Shown in pieces: positions 14,036-25,867 of a stretch of DNA of 64,000 nucleotides. Numbering within the stretch: the first letter of the stretch is position 1; every line of letters begins with the position of its first letter. A program made the translations under genes and the position numbers. The stretch is from the NCBI RefSeq assembly GCF_009914755.1, contig NC_060926.1. One strand, given 5' to 3'. The DNA is from the human T2T-CHM13v2.0 reference genome, Homo sapiens. The notes below the pieces were generated by a model. That model searched no databases. It worked only from the letters and a program-made list of their open reading frames with translations, and had not been told where the DNA came from.

Positions 14036-14102
14036 TGATCTTGATGAATTATAAAATTGTGTAGACTATTATAATCAGCCACATCTTAAATTGTAAATTT
14101 GA
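13975..14102 (+). repeat. 64-bp tandem duplication (2 copies, 5 mismatches)
   Basis: Units 13975-14038 and 14039-14102 aligned by eye. Confidence 0.95.
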
Positions 14103-15756
14103 TTTATTTGAGGGGGGAGAAGGAAGAGTATAGAAGAAATGGAAGAAAATGTGATGTCCTATGTAATGGCATAATTTAGAAAAACTTTTTAAAAACTTTA
14201 ATTCCTACTTTTTGTTTGTATGACTATTTAGGGATAAAAGTCCCATTTGCTTATGTTCCTTAGAGGGACCCATGAAAATTGTTCAATTCTTCCTTCTGAA
14301 TGGTCCTTCACTTTTTTCTCTTACCTTTTCTCTGCTTCTTGTATACTTGTAATTTTGGCTTGCCAAGCTTCACATGCACAACTTTCCAAAAGGTGTTTAT
14401 GACTTAGATCAACCATTGATTTGAGAAGAATTAGCTGTGACAAGATATAAAGACAGCACCCAGATCTGTACCATAAGGTGGAACACAGATGCCCCTTAAT
14501 ATCTTCATGAATACCGCTTCGGCTACACCCAAACATGCTTATATGTGGCCTACAAGCTGTGCTTCTGCTTCCATTTCTCACAACTGATTTCTGGTTTTCT
14601 GGGTACTTGCTCATGTTAGATGCCACACAGCAGCAAAGTTCAGTTCAGCAGCTATGAGAAAAAGGGGCCTTGGCTCTGCCCCACAGAAGTGAATAGCTTT
14701 TAACCCTTTAAAGCAATTCCTTTTGTTCCTTTGCAGCTGTAGGTCTTGTAGATTTCCACTGAGAGCTGGGGACATTAACCATTGTGGGCTCAGTTGGCCA
14801 GTTATCAGTCACACGGAGAGGAAGTGAAGCTGGAAACCCCAATGCCTGGCACCCTCAGGTCAGGAGGCTTGAATATCGATTTGTGATGTAGGCCCAGGTT
14901 TTGTGAGACAACGAGTCTCAGATGAACAGGTGATAGGACCATAGCAGGGACTGGCTCAGCAATGTGGAACTGCCAGAGGGTGTGGGGGAGAGGCCAAAGT
15001 CATCTGTTTGGATACTGGTTGCTGAAAATCAGATGAATTTGGACAATAGGTGAAAGAAAGCAGCATCAGTCTCTGGCTGTATCTATCACCCAAACAACTG
15101 GCAAAAATTCAGTGAAAAATATTCATTGAGGCAATTGAACAAAATCAGTGTCTGCAAGGCTTAAGAGTTCTGGGCATACACTCACTGCAGGCAGTGGATG
15201 CTTTCTAAAGCATCTAGTTTAGAAATCTAGTGATGTTCACTTGTGTTCTATGCAAATGTCCTTTATACATCCATATAGTTACTGTTTCATCAGACTCAAT
15301 CATTCCTCTCCAGAAACCAAACAAAATGTCACCTCCCCCTTGGAGAGATTTAGTCATTGACAGAAACATAATTTCACTTACCCAGCAAGAGAAATGTTGA
15401 CACCGACAAGAAGATAGTACCTTTTACCTTCAAAACTGTTTTATAGGAAACCATTTAAGCTAAAATAGCTTTTTCTTCCATTTTCTCCATTTTATCAGCA
15501 ATGATTACCCCCTTTGCTGTTCCAATGACCCTGCCATGTCAAACCACGCCCACAGTGCCTGAGACTGATCTGATTGATCTCTGGTTTAAAATGAAGATTA
15601 AACACACATGGGCCAGGTCTTAGGGTTGGGGCACCTGAGAGGATCTTGGGCAAAGGTTTAGTATCCTGGCAAGGTTGGCTTTGTAGCTGTGAGGGGATGT
15701 TCATGTGAGGGAAACATGAAAGCTCAGTGCACTGACAGCCCCCATGCCGGGCCTGC

Positions 15757-15830
15757 CTCTGTATCAACACTGCGTTGAACAAAGTCATTGCAAGGAAAAG
15801 AGCTGTCCCAGGTCCTGAAAAAGGACTCAC
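15757..15830 (+). repeat. 74-bp dispersed direct repeat, copy 1 (copy 2 at 18341-18414)
   Basis: ctctgtatcaacactgcgttgaacaaagtcattgcaaggaaaagagctgtcccaggtcctgaaaaaggactcac; 7 mismatches to copy 2. Confidence 0.95.
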
Positions 15831-15944
15831 AAGAGAGCAGGAGAAAGCCAAGGAGAGTAGCAACAAAGTGGGCCATATGTGTGTGTCCCCATCTGGAGGC
15901 AGATATCTTTGTGGTTAGGAGGGCACCTTGGGGGTCCTGTTGCC

Positions 15945-16137
15945 TATCTTTAAATCCCAGTGCACCATACCACACTTTCTGGGCTCTGGGAACATTGGTG
16001 AGCCTCTAATTCTCTTCGAGCATTATCTGTAAAATGAGGATAATAATGATTCCTTCTTCACCCGGGGCTTTGAAGATAATGCACGTACATCATTTAGCTC
16101 AGTTCCTGTCACATAGTAAGTGCTCAATAAATGTTAC
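15945..16137 (+). mobile_element. MIR
   Basis: atctgtaaaatgaggataataat...cacatagtaagtgctcaataaatgtta. Confidence 0.85.
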
Positions 16138-16279
16138 ACTAGCTTTTTATTCCTTCATCAATCATATCGGCCTTTCTCATCAGTCTGTGAACTCTCCTGG
16201 AACGAGAATTCTATCTTATTCATCATTTGACTCTCGCATCTTCCTTCGCCTCTTCGCAACCTTAGAACAACCTCGAGGC

Positions 16280-17405
16280 AGTCTCTCTCCTTGCTCCCAT
16301 AACATGGCTCTCTCCTGGTTCATCTCAGACCTCACTGGCTATTCCTTCCCGGTTTTCTTTGCTGCATTTTTCCTCCACTAGATCTCTAAATGTCAGCTTT
16401 TTCCTTGGACTTTTCCTCCCCTTTTACTCACTCTCCAAACTCTAAAATAGATATTTTCTGAGCTGAAATCTTCTCTGGATCCTAGACTCACATAGCCTAA
16501 TTTTTACTAGACACTTCTGCTCAGAGGTCTCAGAGCAAGTTGGATTTCAGAAACTACCGGTTCAAAATAAAAATTATTGTTTCCTTTTCTTCCCTTATCA
16601 AATCATCTCAGTATCTGGCTCCACTATCCATCTAATTTCTGAAGCAGAAACCTAGCAGTCTAATTCTTGTTCTCTTCCCATAGCTAATCTATTAGCAAGT
16701 CCTTGTGGTTCAGTCTCCAAGGACCTCAGAACCAGCAACTTCCCTCCACCTCTCTGCCACCACTCGAATCCAGGCTGTCTTCATCTCTCTCTTGGAATGT
16801 GCAGGAGCTCTCTAACTGTTCTTTCTGTCTCTACCCATGACTTCTGACAGTCCACTTACCATGTGCAGACAGAGAAATATTTTAAGATAACAATCGAATT
16901 ACATCCTCACCTTGATGAAATTCATCATGATTTTCCATTCCATATAGCATAATGCCCAGGGTCCCCAAAAGGGCCTACAAAGGCCCACAGTCTCTGGCCC
17001 TGCCCCTGCCTATTTCTCAAGCATCCTGGCACTTGCTTCTTCCCCTCACTCCCCATTCTCCAGTCTGGTGAGCCTTCTTCACACTGGTTTCATGTCTGGA
17101 ATCTTTTCTTGGTTGTTCCTGCTGCTTGGGAGCCTTTTCTCCCAGCTGCCATGGCTGCTTCTCTGGCTCTCCAGATCTTGTTTTGAACGTTGTCTTCTAG
17201 TGCAGCCCACCCTTCTCCTAGTGTGCTCTGTTCCAGCCTCCTGTTGATTGCCTTCACAGCACATTCCACAATTTGCAATTTGTAATTCTTTTATTTAATT
17301 GCCTTGTGTCTCTTTCTGTCACTGAGACACACTGAGGTATCCCTAGTGCCTAGCATAATGCCCAGCACATAGTAGGACTCCACAAATCCTTGGCAATTGA
17401 GTGAC
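16280..17405 (+). mobile_element. L2 3' region
   Basis: ctctcctggttcatctcagacctcactggctattcctt ... ccctagtgcctagcataatgcccagcacatagtagg. Confidence 0.85.
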
Positions 17406-17529
17406 TCCAACAAAGTGCTTTGGAGAGGTGCTTTGAATGATTGAGCGAAGTTAGTGATATCTAAAAGTGTGTGGTTCTTTTTGGGTGATTGCATTGTTGT
17501 CAAGAGAGAAAGTGTCAAGCCTGAGGAAG

Positions 17530-17755
17530 GCACATGGTTTAAAGGAAAGACTGGAGGCTTTGGGGGTATAGCTTGAGTCTGCCTCTTATTAGCTGTGTGA
17601 ACTTGGGAGTGTTTCTTCACCACTCCCAGCTTTAATTTTCTTATCTGTAAAATGGGGGTTAAACATGTGTATGTCAGAGAGCATCATGAATATTAAATGA
17701 GATAATGTATGTAAATCCTCTGGCACAGAGCTGGCACACGGAGGTACTTGATAAT
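17530..17755 (+). mobile_element. MIR
   Basis: attagctgtgtgaacttggg...atctgtaaaatgggg...attaaatgagataatgtatgtaaa. Confidence 0.9.
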
Positions 17756-18340
17756 CTGGGCATTTCATTCCTTCTACCAAATAAAAACTCCATGGAGTTG
17801 CAGGCATCAGTGAGCTGGGAAGAAAGGTACTTTTGGAGGAGAGAGGCTGTCTGGGTGCTAGCTCTCTCCCAAGCCTCATTCTCTGCTCTTTCCCCCAAAT
17901 CACATTGTATCAGGAATCTCAGATAAGTACAGGAAGCACATTTTGCCAGCAGTGAAGATTGCTAGTCATTGTAGGACACATGGACCAGATAATTGCCCTT
18001 GTTTCTCCTTCCTTGAAGTTGCAAATTTCAAATGTAAAGTTCTCAGATCCCTCAGTTTGGAATATGAGTGTATTTTGGGGTGAAACTCAGTGTCATTTTT
18101 TTTCCTATTTTTTTCCAGTTAAGTTTTACAATACCCTCCTGACTCCCACCTCCATTGTTTGCAAAGCTTGCTCAGATGAATGTGAGGAGGCCTTTAAGAG
18201 CTCCTAACCATATTTCACTAAGTGGCTCTATCCACTGTTGTTTCCATGTCTCCTTTTAAAGATGTTCCCTTTGTCCAAAAATCTGCTCTTTGCTCTTCAC
18301 CCTGTTCCTTGAGCAGGTAGAGAGAATTTTATCTTATTCT

Positions 18341-18414
18341 CTCTGCATCAAGGCTGCATTGAACAAAGTCATTGCAAGGAGAAGAGCTGTCCCAAGTCCT
18401 GAAAAAGGACACAC
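18341..18414 (+). repeat. 74-bp dispersed direct repeat, copy 2
   Basis: ctctgcatcaaggctgcattgaacaaagtcattgcaaggagaagagctgtcccaagtcctgaaaaaggacacac. Confidence 0.95.
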
Positions 18415-18614
18415 TTTCATGGGATCTTAGCTGCTCCCTCTCACTTGACTTCTGGATGCCTGCCTTTCCTTTTCCCATCTCCTTCCTGTCCTGTGCCTAC
18501 CATCTTTCTTGCTCTTTGTCCCTCCATTCCTCTCTAGTCCCTTATCCACACTATCTCTCCTTTTATGGTTCATTTTATAATCTTTCTGCTCTATGGTCCT
18601 CTTTGATTGATAGT

Positions 18615-18840
18615 TGGTGGTGTGGATGCTTGGGTGCTCCGTGCCACATCCCTGGGTATACCTGTGATTTCAGCTGCAGATGTAAAGATGCTTTTAGACC
18701 CTCCTTACTCTCTGCTTCTAGGCCTCAGGGCCTTCTCCAATGCCTAAACAAGTAGCTCACCTCCAGCAAGTGCAGCCTGAAAGTGCAGGGGAGTTATCAG
18801 TCCAGGGATTACTCTCAACCAATGGGGGATTAGAGCAGTG
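18615..18840 (+). mobile_element. LTR16-like ERVL LTR fragment
   Basis: gcagcctgaaagtgcaggggagttatcagtccagggattactctcaaccaatggggga. Confidence 0.55.
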
Positions 18841-19699
18841 ATCCTGGGTCTTGGTAACTAATTAGATTTTGCATTGAGGGAGATGGAGGAGTCTGAGATG
18901 ATTGCCAGGTTGTTGAGGCTAAGGAGACCAGCAGAGTTCCAAGGATGGTGCAGGCTGTCAAAATAGAGGGTACAGGAGAGACATCAGGTGGAGATGAATG
19001 ACCTCAGGGCAGGGATCATATTTTATCTCTGTATTCCCAACACCTAGCATAGTGCCAGCATTTGTGTTCACAAAAGGTTTGCTGAAAGGGCCAACTCATT
19101 TCTTCATGTGCTGTCCCTTTCATGAAAGCTGTTCTGTTGATATTGGGAAGCCAGGTGTGGCTACCCATGCACCTTAATACTGTCCTCAAGATAGTGATAG
19201 ATTTTTTCTCTTTCAGTATTTGTTCTGTTGTTGCACAGAACATCAGCATCAGATTCATAAAACTGCTATTTCTTTGTCATTTGTCAGGCCACTTTGGAAG
19301 TCATTTGCTTTGGGGGAAGATTAATCTTCTGGAATATCAGTATTGCATGGTATTTCAATAAGCATCCTAAGTGGCTCAGCACATGTAAATTGTTTAGCAC
19401 TTATATATCACTTATATTCTCCAGGAGCTCAACATTAGTTTATTCTCATGATACTTAAGAGATAAGTGTCATATCAAGTCATGATTTGTATATGTTTCAA
19501 GTTTGTAAGTGTTCTCCACTGCTTTTTTTTTTCAGTAGCTGTTTCATTTTTTATCACCAGGACTTCTATTTAATTTTGTTTACTGCTCTCTTTATGGACT
19601 TGGAACATATAAAGACTTTTGTTTAACAAAATGTGCAACAGCTCAAAGAGACCTACAGGGTCCTTTGTCCACGTTCCTCGGAATTAGAGGTTTGTAACG

Positions 19700-20470
19700 G
19701 AGATACAGCAGCAAGGGATAAACAAGGACGTTGCTTCATGAATGGCAGAGTTGTCCTGAGTTCTAGCTGTTTCTACCCTTGAGAGGTTATCCAGGAGGCT
19801 TCACAAAAACATCTACCACCAAACTTTCCCACCACCATTCCAGCCCCTCAAGTGGCGAGAGTGTGAGCATTAGCTTGGGAATGGGTGCCAGCATGCTGCC
19901 CTGGAAGATGCCTGAGTGAGTAACAGGGTGCACACCAAGAAGCAGGACACCCTGATGGGGCATGTGTCTCTGGTGACAGCCACAGGGACCCTTCGTTGCC
20001 CTTTGAGGGTCTGTATACTGAGAGGCCAGGAGGCAGCTGAATGCTGCCAGAGAAGGCTGTACACCACCCAGGAAGAGGCATAACAGCAGGCAGCACCAAC
20101 ACTAGATCAACCCAGATATAGAACAGGGAGGGCTATTCCCACTGCTGGGTTTGGTCTTGGCTATGGCTGGCATGGACCCTTCCCGCATGGGGACCAGAAC
20201 AGATGTGGACTCCTACCATGGGAGCTGAGCAGACAGATACTACCTCCACCCTAATACCCTGATCTTATGAAAGAATCCCCTTGGAACTGCTTGCCTTTCA
20301 GGGATGGGGAAGTTTGAGGGGTGAACCCTGAATTTAAGTGACTACCCCCAAAGAAAGTCTTAAATTAGAAAGGACCAAGTTACCTCATACTGAAGGGTTA
20401 AAAGTTTTCCACTGTCAGCAGAAATGAAGGCTCAAGCGCTAAGCTGAGATTGGTGATAGATAAATTTTTA
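19700..20470 (+). mobile_element. Possible ancient LTR (LTR78-like)
   Basis: The 3' part aagttttccactgtcagcagaaatgaaggctcaag...gatagataaa resembles recalled old LTR ends; weak support. Confidence 0.3.
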
Positions 20471-20529
20471 CAAATCAATTTTGCAAATTTTATAGACTCT
20501 CATGACTATCAAACATTCTATCACTTATT

Positions 20530-20660
20530 TTATTATCTCATTCAGCAAATGAGGAAATTGAGGCTTAGAGGTATTGAATCACTCACGCAAAGACACTTGA
20601 CTAATAAATGGTGGCAGTGTTTTCAAAGCCAAGTCTAGCCTTTGCTCTCAACCCTTACCC
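20530..20660 (-). mobile_element. MIR
   Basis: caaatgaggaaattgaggcttagag...ttcaaagccaagtct. Confidence 0.75.
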
Positions 20661-20674
20661 AAATGGATTATATA

Positions 20675-21003
20675 TGCTTCTTAAACTTTTCCACCAAATG
20701 CATACCCCTCCCTCAGGTGGGAGCTGAGGTGGGAGAGTGAGCTGGGTAGAGGTTACACTGGACACTGCAGGGAACTTGGAATTTCTCTGAGTGTTTTTTT
20801 TTTTTTTCCAAAAATCATTTTTGCTATGAGGAAATCATGCATTTTGTATTCTGCTACATATTATGTATTTTCTCTACTTTTAAAATGTTTTAAATTTTGT
20901 AACATTTAGATAAATGAGCCATTTTAATCTTTGGGCACCCACCATCCCTCAGCAAACCTGGCAAACCCTCCCGGGCACACACATCCCAGTATGAGAGCCA
21001 GTG
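20675..21003. mobile_element. hAT-Charlie MITE (MER113-like)
   Basis: TIR-like ends tgcttcttaaacttttccacc ... cccagtatgagagccagtg. Confidence 0.4.
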
Positions 21004-21118
21004 GGTGGTACAAGTCTTGGGGACATAAAATGCATTTATTTCATTTATTTATTTTTTAAAGAACTAAAGCAAAATAGAAAACATTTTTACTACTGTATAA
21101 GGAAACAAGGAAATAAAG

Positions 21119-21200
21119 CACACACACGTGTGTGTATGTGTGTGTGTGTGTGTGTGTGAGAGAGGGAGAGATGGGGTGGGGTGGGGTGGAGAGAGAGAGA
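21119..21200. repeat. Compound (CA)/(TG)/(GA) microsatellite with GGGGT repeats
   Basis: Seen directly. Confidence 0.9.
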
Positions 21201-21899
21201 TTTACTGGCCCAGCATGGTGCTAATGAAACCTGAGGCTATTGGCATTATGCCCGTGGGCCTGTGGGACTGATTAATTTTGTAGATTAGAGCAGAGACTGA
21301 TATTTTTTGATCATGCGGCTCATCCATGACCATAGACCCCTCTCCTGGCCACATGTGTGAAGGGAGCAGGCCTTTGGCTTGGCTTGGCTTGGTGAGAGCA
21401 ATTGTCCTCAAGACAAGAAGAGCCAGAGAATGGATCCTTCAGTGGCTGTGGACCCCAGCTCTGTCTACAAATGTGTTCTGGGCTCTAGGAACCTCTCTCA
21501 CTGCTTTTCTACGTCTCTAGGGTTACATTTATAGTCACCAAGCAACCTTCTGATTCCTTATTTGTTTTCTAGAAGGGAGTATCCTAGGCATTGGTCACGA
21601 ATATTCCCATTGTTGTAAAGATTATACTTCTTCACCTGTGAGTTGGTAAATTAGCATCCTGGTGTAGCAACCCATCTCTTGTGAATTTTCTTAGCAAACT
21701 TCTGTTCTCAGAGCTAGAGAACACTTGGGTGAACAGAAGAAGACAGGTTTTACATCTGCAAAGCTGAGGTGCAGCCCTTGGGACCTATATTAAGACACAG
21801 TCTGAGGCTGGATCTGAGCAGCCAATAGCCCATCTCACCTGCTCTCTTCTGTGCTGTCTCTTCTGCCAGGGACCAATCTTATGCTTAGGGGTTGTGAAT

Positions 21900-22490
21900 G
21901 CACTTACAAGTGTTCAATCTCTTTAGTAAGTAGAAGAATGCAGATAGGAAAATGACATGGCATTCTTTACTTAGCAAATTGGCAAAATCATAATAATACC
22001 CAGAGTTGGGAAGCATAGAGAAAACTGCTCTTTCAAACTGCTAGTGAGAGAGTAAATTGGTGCACTTTCACTTTTTCTCAAAGTAGTAAAAAGATTTTAA
22101 AATGCCCATGCCTTTTGATTCACCAATCCTATGTTCAGGACTGAGTCCTAAGGAAATAGATGACAAGAATTGCTTGTAACAGTGAAAAAATTGTGACTAC
22201 CCTACTGTACCTGCCTTCCAGTAGGGGAGTGGTGAAGTAGATTGTGGTTTATATACATGATGGAATGTGTCACACCACTAATGTAATCTTGTTGCAGCAC
22301 ATTCACAGACATGGACAGACGCTTCCTGATCCAGTTGAGTAAAAACATACTGAATGACATAAATTTGGTATCATTTCATTCTTAATATTTGAGAATGCGT
22401 ACGGGTATATGTATATGTCCATATATGCACGCTTATATATATGTGCCCATGCCCATCAACAATGGCTATCTCTGAGCAGTGGGATGGTGA
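21900..22490 (+). mobile_element. Old L1ME fragment (ORF2 end / 3'UTR)
   Basis: aaattggcaaaat...ataatacccagagttggg...actgctagtgagagagtaaattggtgca. Confidence 0.65.
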
Positions 22491-23364
22491 CTGCTTCCAA
22501 CAGAAAGCCCACTGGTCCCTTACCCTTGTGACATCAGAATACCCTTGGTGTTATTGCACTTAGACTTCCTAAGTCTGTCCACCGTCCCTGTGTTAATGAT
22601 CTCCTGTTTCTGGACTTATAGACCTCGGTAGTCTTTTGGTCGCTCCTCTCAACTGCTGCCTGCTCTGTGTTCCTGGCTCTTCCACCTCTGCCCTACAGAA
22701 TCCCATTTCTCCCCCACCAACCCCAGCCAAGCCCCTCATGCTTCTGGGGTGTAATTCTTCAGTAGTCCTTCATAATGCTGTCCTTCATTTTCTGGCTGTT
22801 GTTCTTTGCCAAGCCTAGCGTCTTTGGGACTCAACTTCTTTGCCCCTTCCTGGCACATGAACTCAGCTTGCTGCTGTATCTCCTGCAGCGCCCACAGAGA
22901 GGCCATACCATCTGTTTGGCTTTTGCTCATCCCTGATGTGTTTCTTCTCTCTCCCAATTTTATCTCCACTGCCCCCATGCCTTTGCCTGCTCACATGGCA
23001 GGGCCTGTCACTCATTCCTGGAGAACGTCCAGGGCAGTGGGGTTGAGTGACAGTGAGCTCGCCTTCCATGTGGGAGGACTGGCCAAGATCCAGGCAGCTT
23101 TGCTGATGACCCTGCCCTGCCATTCTTTATTAAGCAGGACTTGTGCCTGGCATGGATGACATTGTCTTTCCACAGAGAACTAGGCTTAACATGTGCATGG
23201 AAAATGGCCTCAATGGTGGCTAGAACAGTGGGATTTAGAAAAAAGAAAGTTTCAGAAACCAACAATAATTCAATGCTGTACTTTGAAGTCAGTATCCAAA
23301 CTCTCTCTCTTTCTCATTTAGGATCTCTGTAGTTTGTCCATACAGCCCTGAGATATTATTGGAA

Positions 23365-23760
23365 AGAAGGTGCCAGAATCACTGATACTCTTATGTAGGT
23401 ATACCTGAGTTTTAATACTGATTCTATTACATATTACCTGAAAATCATGGGCAAGTGGCTTAGCCTTTATGGTCTTCAGTTTCTTCACTTGATAAAAGGA
23501 GGCTTTACTACTACTAATAATAATGACAATGGCTATTTATTGTGTATTTACTATAAGCCAACTACCATGCAAAACCCTTAAATTTAATCCTCCTAAAAAT
23601 GATATGGTAGATACTATTAATTTCCATTTTATAGGTTGGGAAAAGGAAATTTTAAGGATGTTATATATTCAAATTCACACTGTTTATAAGGCATGGAGCC
23701 AGTAATTGAACCTAATCAGCCAACCTAATGACCCTATGCTTGAAGTCTACGTTATTTACT
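23365..23760. mobile_element. Two tail-to-tail MIR fragments (+ ~23365-23510; - ~23520-23760)
   Basis: gggcaagtggcttagcctttatggtcttcagtttcttca, then atttaatcctc...ccattttataggttgggaaa. Confidence 0.6.
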
Positions 23761-24271
23761 TCTCCCAATGAACCGGTGTAGGTGAAGCACCTCCTTCAAT
23801 GTCTCTCACATACTAAATGCTCAAAACTGCCCCTCCTAGGGGCATCCTGGGTCAAGCTTTGGAGTCAGGGGTTCTTCTTTTCATGGACATTTCAGGACTT
23901 TACAACTAAAACCAGGAAGCAGGCTGGCTGCCCATCTCATATCTGACGCTCTAGGCTGAATCTTTCATTCCCTTTGTGACAGTGAAGAATGGAACTCTAA
24001 TTTATGATCTCCCACTCTCTTTATGGAGTCTCTGTTCCTATACCTCATCAATCATTGTCACTTTGAATTTTGCAGTGTCTTATAAAATCAACCTATGTTG
24101 ATCCACCCATTGGTTTAAAGCTTCTGCAATGAAGATCTGTGTCTATTTTGTCTGTCTGAAATGGACTTTATACCACATAGAATCTCCAACAACAAACCCT
24201 CAATAACAGCAATGAGGACAACAATCATATCAGCCACCACCACCATGATTAATGTTATCCCGGATCCCACC

Positions 24272-24632
24272 TGTATTAGTCTGTTTTCACCCTGTTATAA
24301 AGAACTTACCGAAACTGGGTAATTTATAAGGGAATGAGGTTTAATTGACTCACAGTTCCCTATGGCAGGGGAGGCCTCAGGAAACTTACAATCATGGCAG
24401 AAGGTGAAGGGGAAGCAAGGCATGTCTTACATGGCAGCAGGAGAGTCAGTACGAAGTGGGAAGTGCCACACTCTTGCAAACAATTAGTTCTCATGAGAAC
24501 TCACTATCACAAGAACAGCAAAGGGGAAGTCTGTCCCCATGATTCAATCACATCCCACCAGGCCCCTCCTCCAACACATGGGGATTACAATTTGAGATGA
24601 GATTTGGGTGAAGACACAGCCAAACCCTATCA
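24272..24632 (-). mobile_element. THE1D-like MaLR solo LTR
   Basis: tgtattagtctgttttcac ... caaaccctatca. 5-bp TSD ccacc (24267-71) / ccatc (24633-37). Confidence 0.92.
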
Positions 24633-24677
24633 CCATCACACTGGGTACCCACTGTTTCATGTGCTATGTGCTGAGCT

Positions 24678-24955
24678 CAGAGGTCTCAAACTAGAATTCC
24701 TGCTGGGCTAGGCAGGAGCATAAATGAAGAGTCAGGCAATGTGGGCTACAGTGAGCCAGAGCCTGTGGCCTCACCAAGGAGGAGGCTGTTACTTAGCTTT
24801 GGCTGAATGTTGCCATGCTAGACTGCAGTCTTAGTTTTGTCAGATCTTTACATTTCTTAAAAGAAATTGTAAATATGGATTTTTATGTGCAATTTCCCAA
24901 TGTAAAAACGTTGGCAAAGAGTTCACATTAAAAAAAAATCCTTATCTGTGGGATG
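24678..24955. mobile_element. MER102-like element
   Basis: cagaggtctcaaact...gttgccatgc...atggatttttatgtgcaatttcccaa. Confidence 0.65.
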
Positions 24956-25503
24956 TGTACCATTTTCTTTTACAGCCTCTCATCTAGCTCTTGCAGGCCA
25001 CTGAGTGAACATCATACAATGATCACAGCATAAGCCATGATCATGGATAGTGGATATAATGAAGGGTTTTATGTCCTAGAGGTCTCTAAAGGGCTATTGC
25101 AAGGCCACTGCCACTTTAAGGGGCAGCCCAGGACTCCAAAGAGGACATCAATGTAACTATGCTAATTGCAGTGGCTTGCACGCCAATCCCAGGCTCCCAT
25201 CCTGGCTTCCACATTTTTGTTTCCTTGGCTTTAACACTCTTTGCTCTCTACTTGGCCTGATCTCCTACCAGCTGACCACAAGTTTGACCTGGTTTTCCTT
25301 TTGGCTCTGGTGCCCTCCAACTCCTTCTTTAAAAGGAACTGAGCTGCCCACCCACACTGAAAATCTGCTAGAGGTGAAGCTTTCCCCACCTAGACTTCTC
25401 TCTTGATACCTGTGCTGTTCCTCCTACAGGGCCAGCTTTCCATCTATTCCATTGGGAGTCTTGGAAGTAGAAGCCAACACAGATCCTAGTCATGTAGTAC
25501 AGT

Positions 25504-25867
25504 CTCTATGAGTTTCTGTCATCCTGAAAAATTCATATGTTGGGGACCTAACCCCCCAGTACCTCAAAATATAACTGTGTTTGAATATAGACTCATTAAA
25601 GAGGTGATCACATTAAAATGAGGTCATTAGGGTGGCTCCTAATACAATGTGACTGGTGTTCTTATAAGAGGAAGAGGTTAGGACACAGACACACACAGAA
25701 GAAAGAGCGTGTGAGGATACAGGGAGAAGGTGGCCATCTGCAGACAAGGAGGGAGGCCTCAGAAGGAACCAATCCTAAGGACAGCTTGATTCCAGACTTC
25801 TAGCTTCCAGAACCCTGAGGAAAGTTCTACTGGTACTTTGTTATGGCAGCCTTAGCAAACTAATGCA
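25504..25867 (+). mobile_element. MLT1A/MLT1A0 solo LTR
   Basis: aattcatatgttggggacctaacccc...gactggtgttcttataagaggaag...tttgttatggcagccttagcaaactaatgca. Confidence 0.9.

Noticed and set aside
13975-14102. Repeat units as a CRISPR-like array
   Set aside because: There are only two abutting units with no spacers, in a eukaryotic context with no cas genes.
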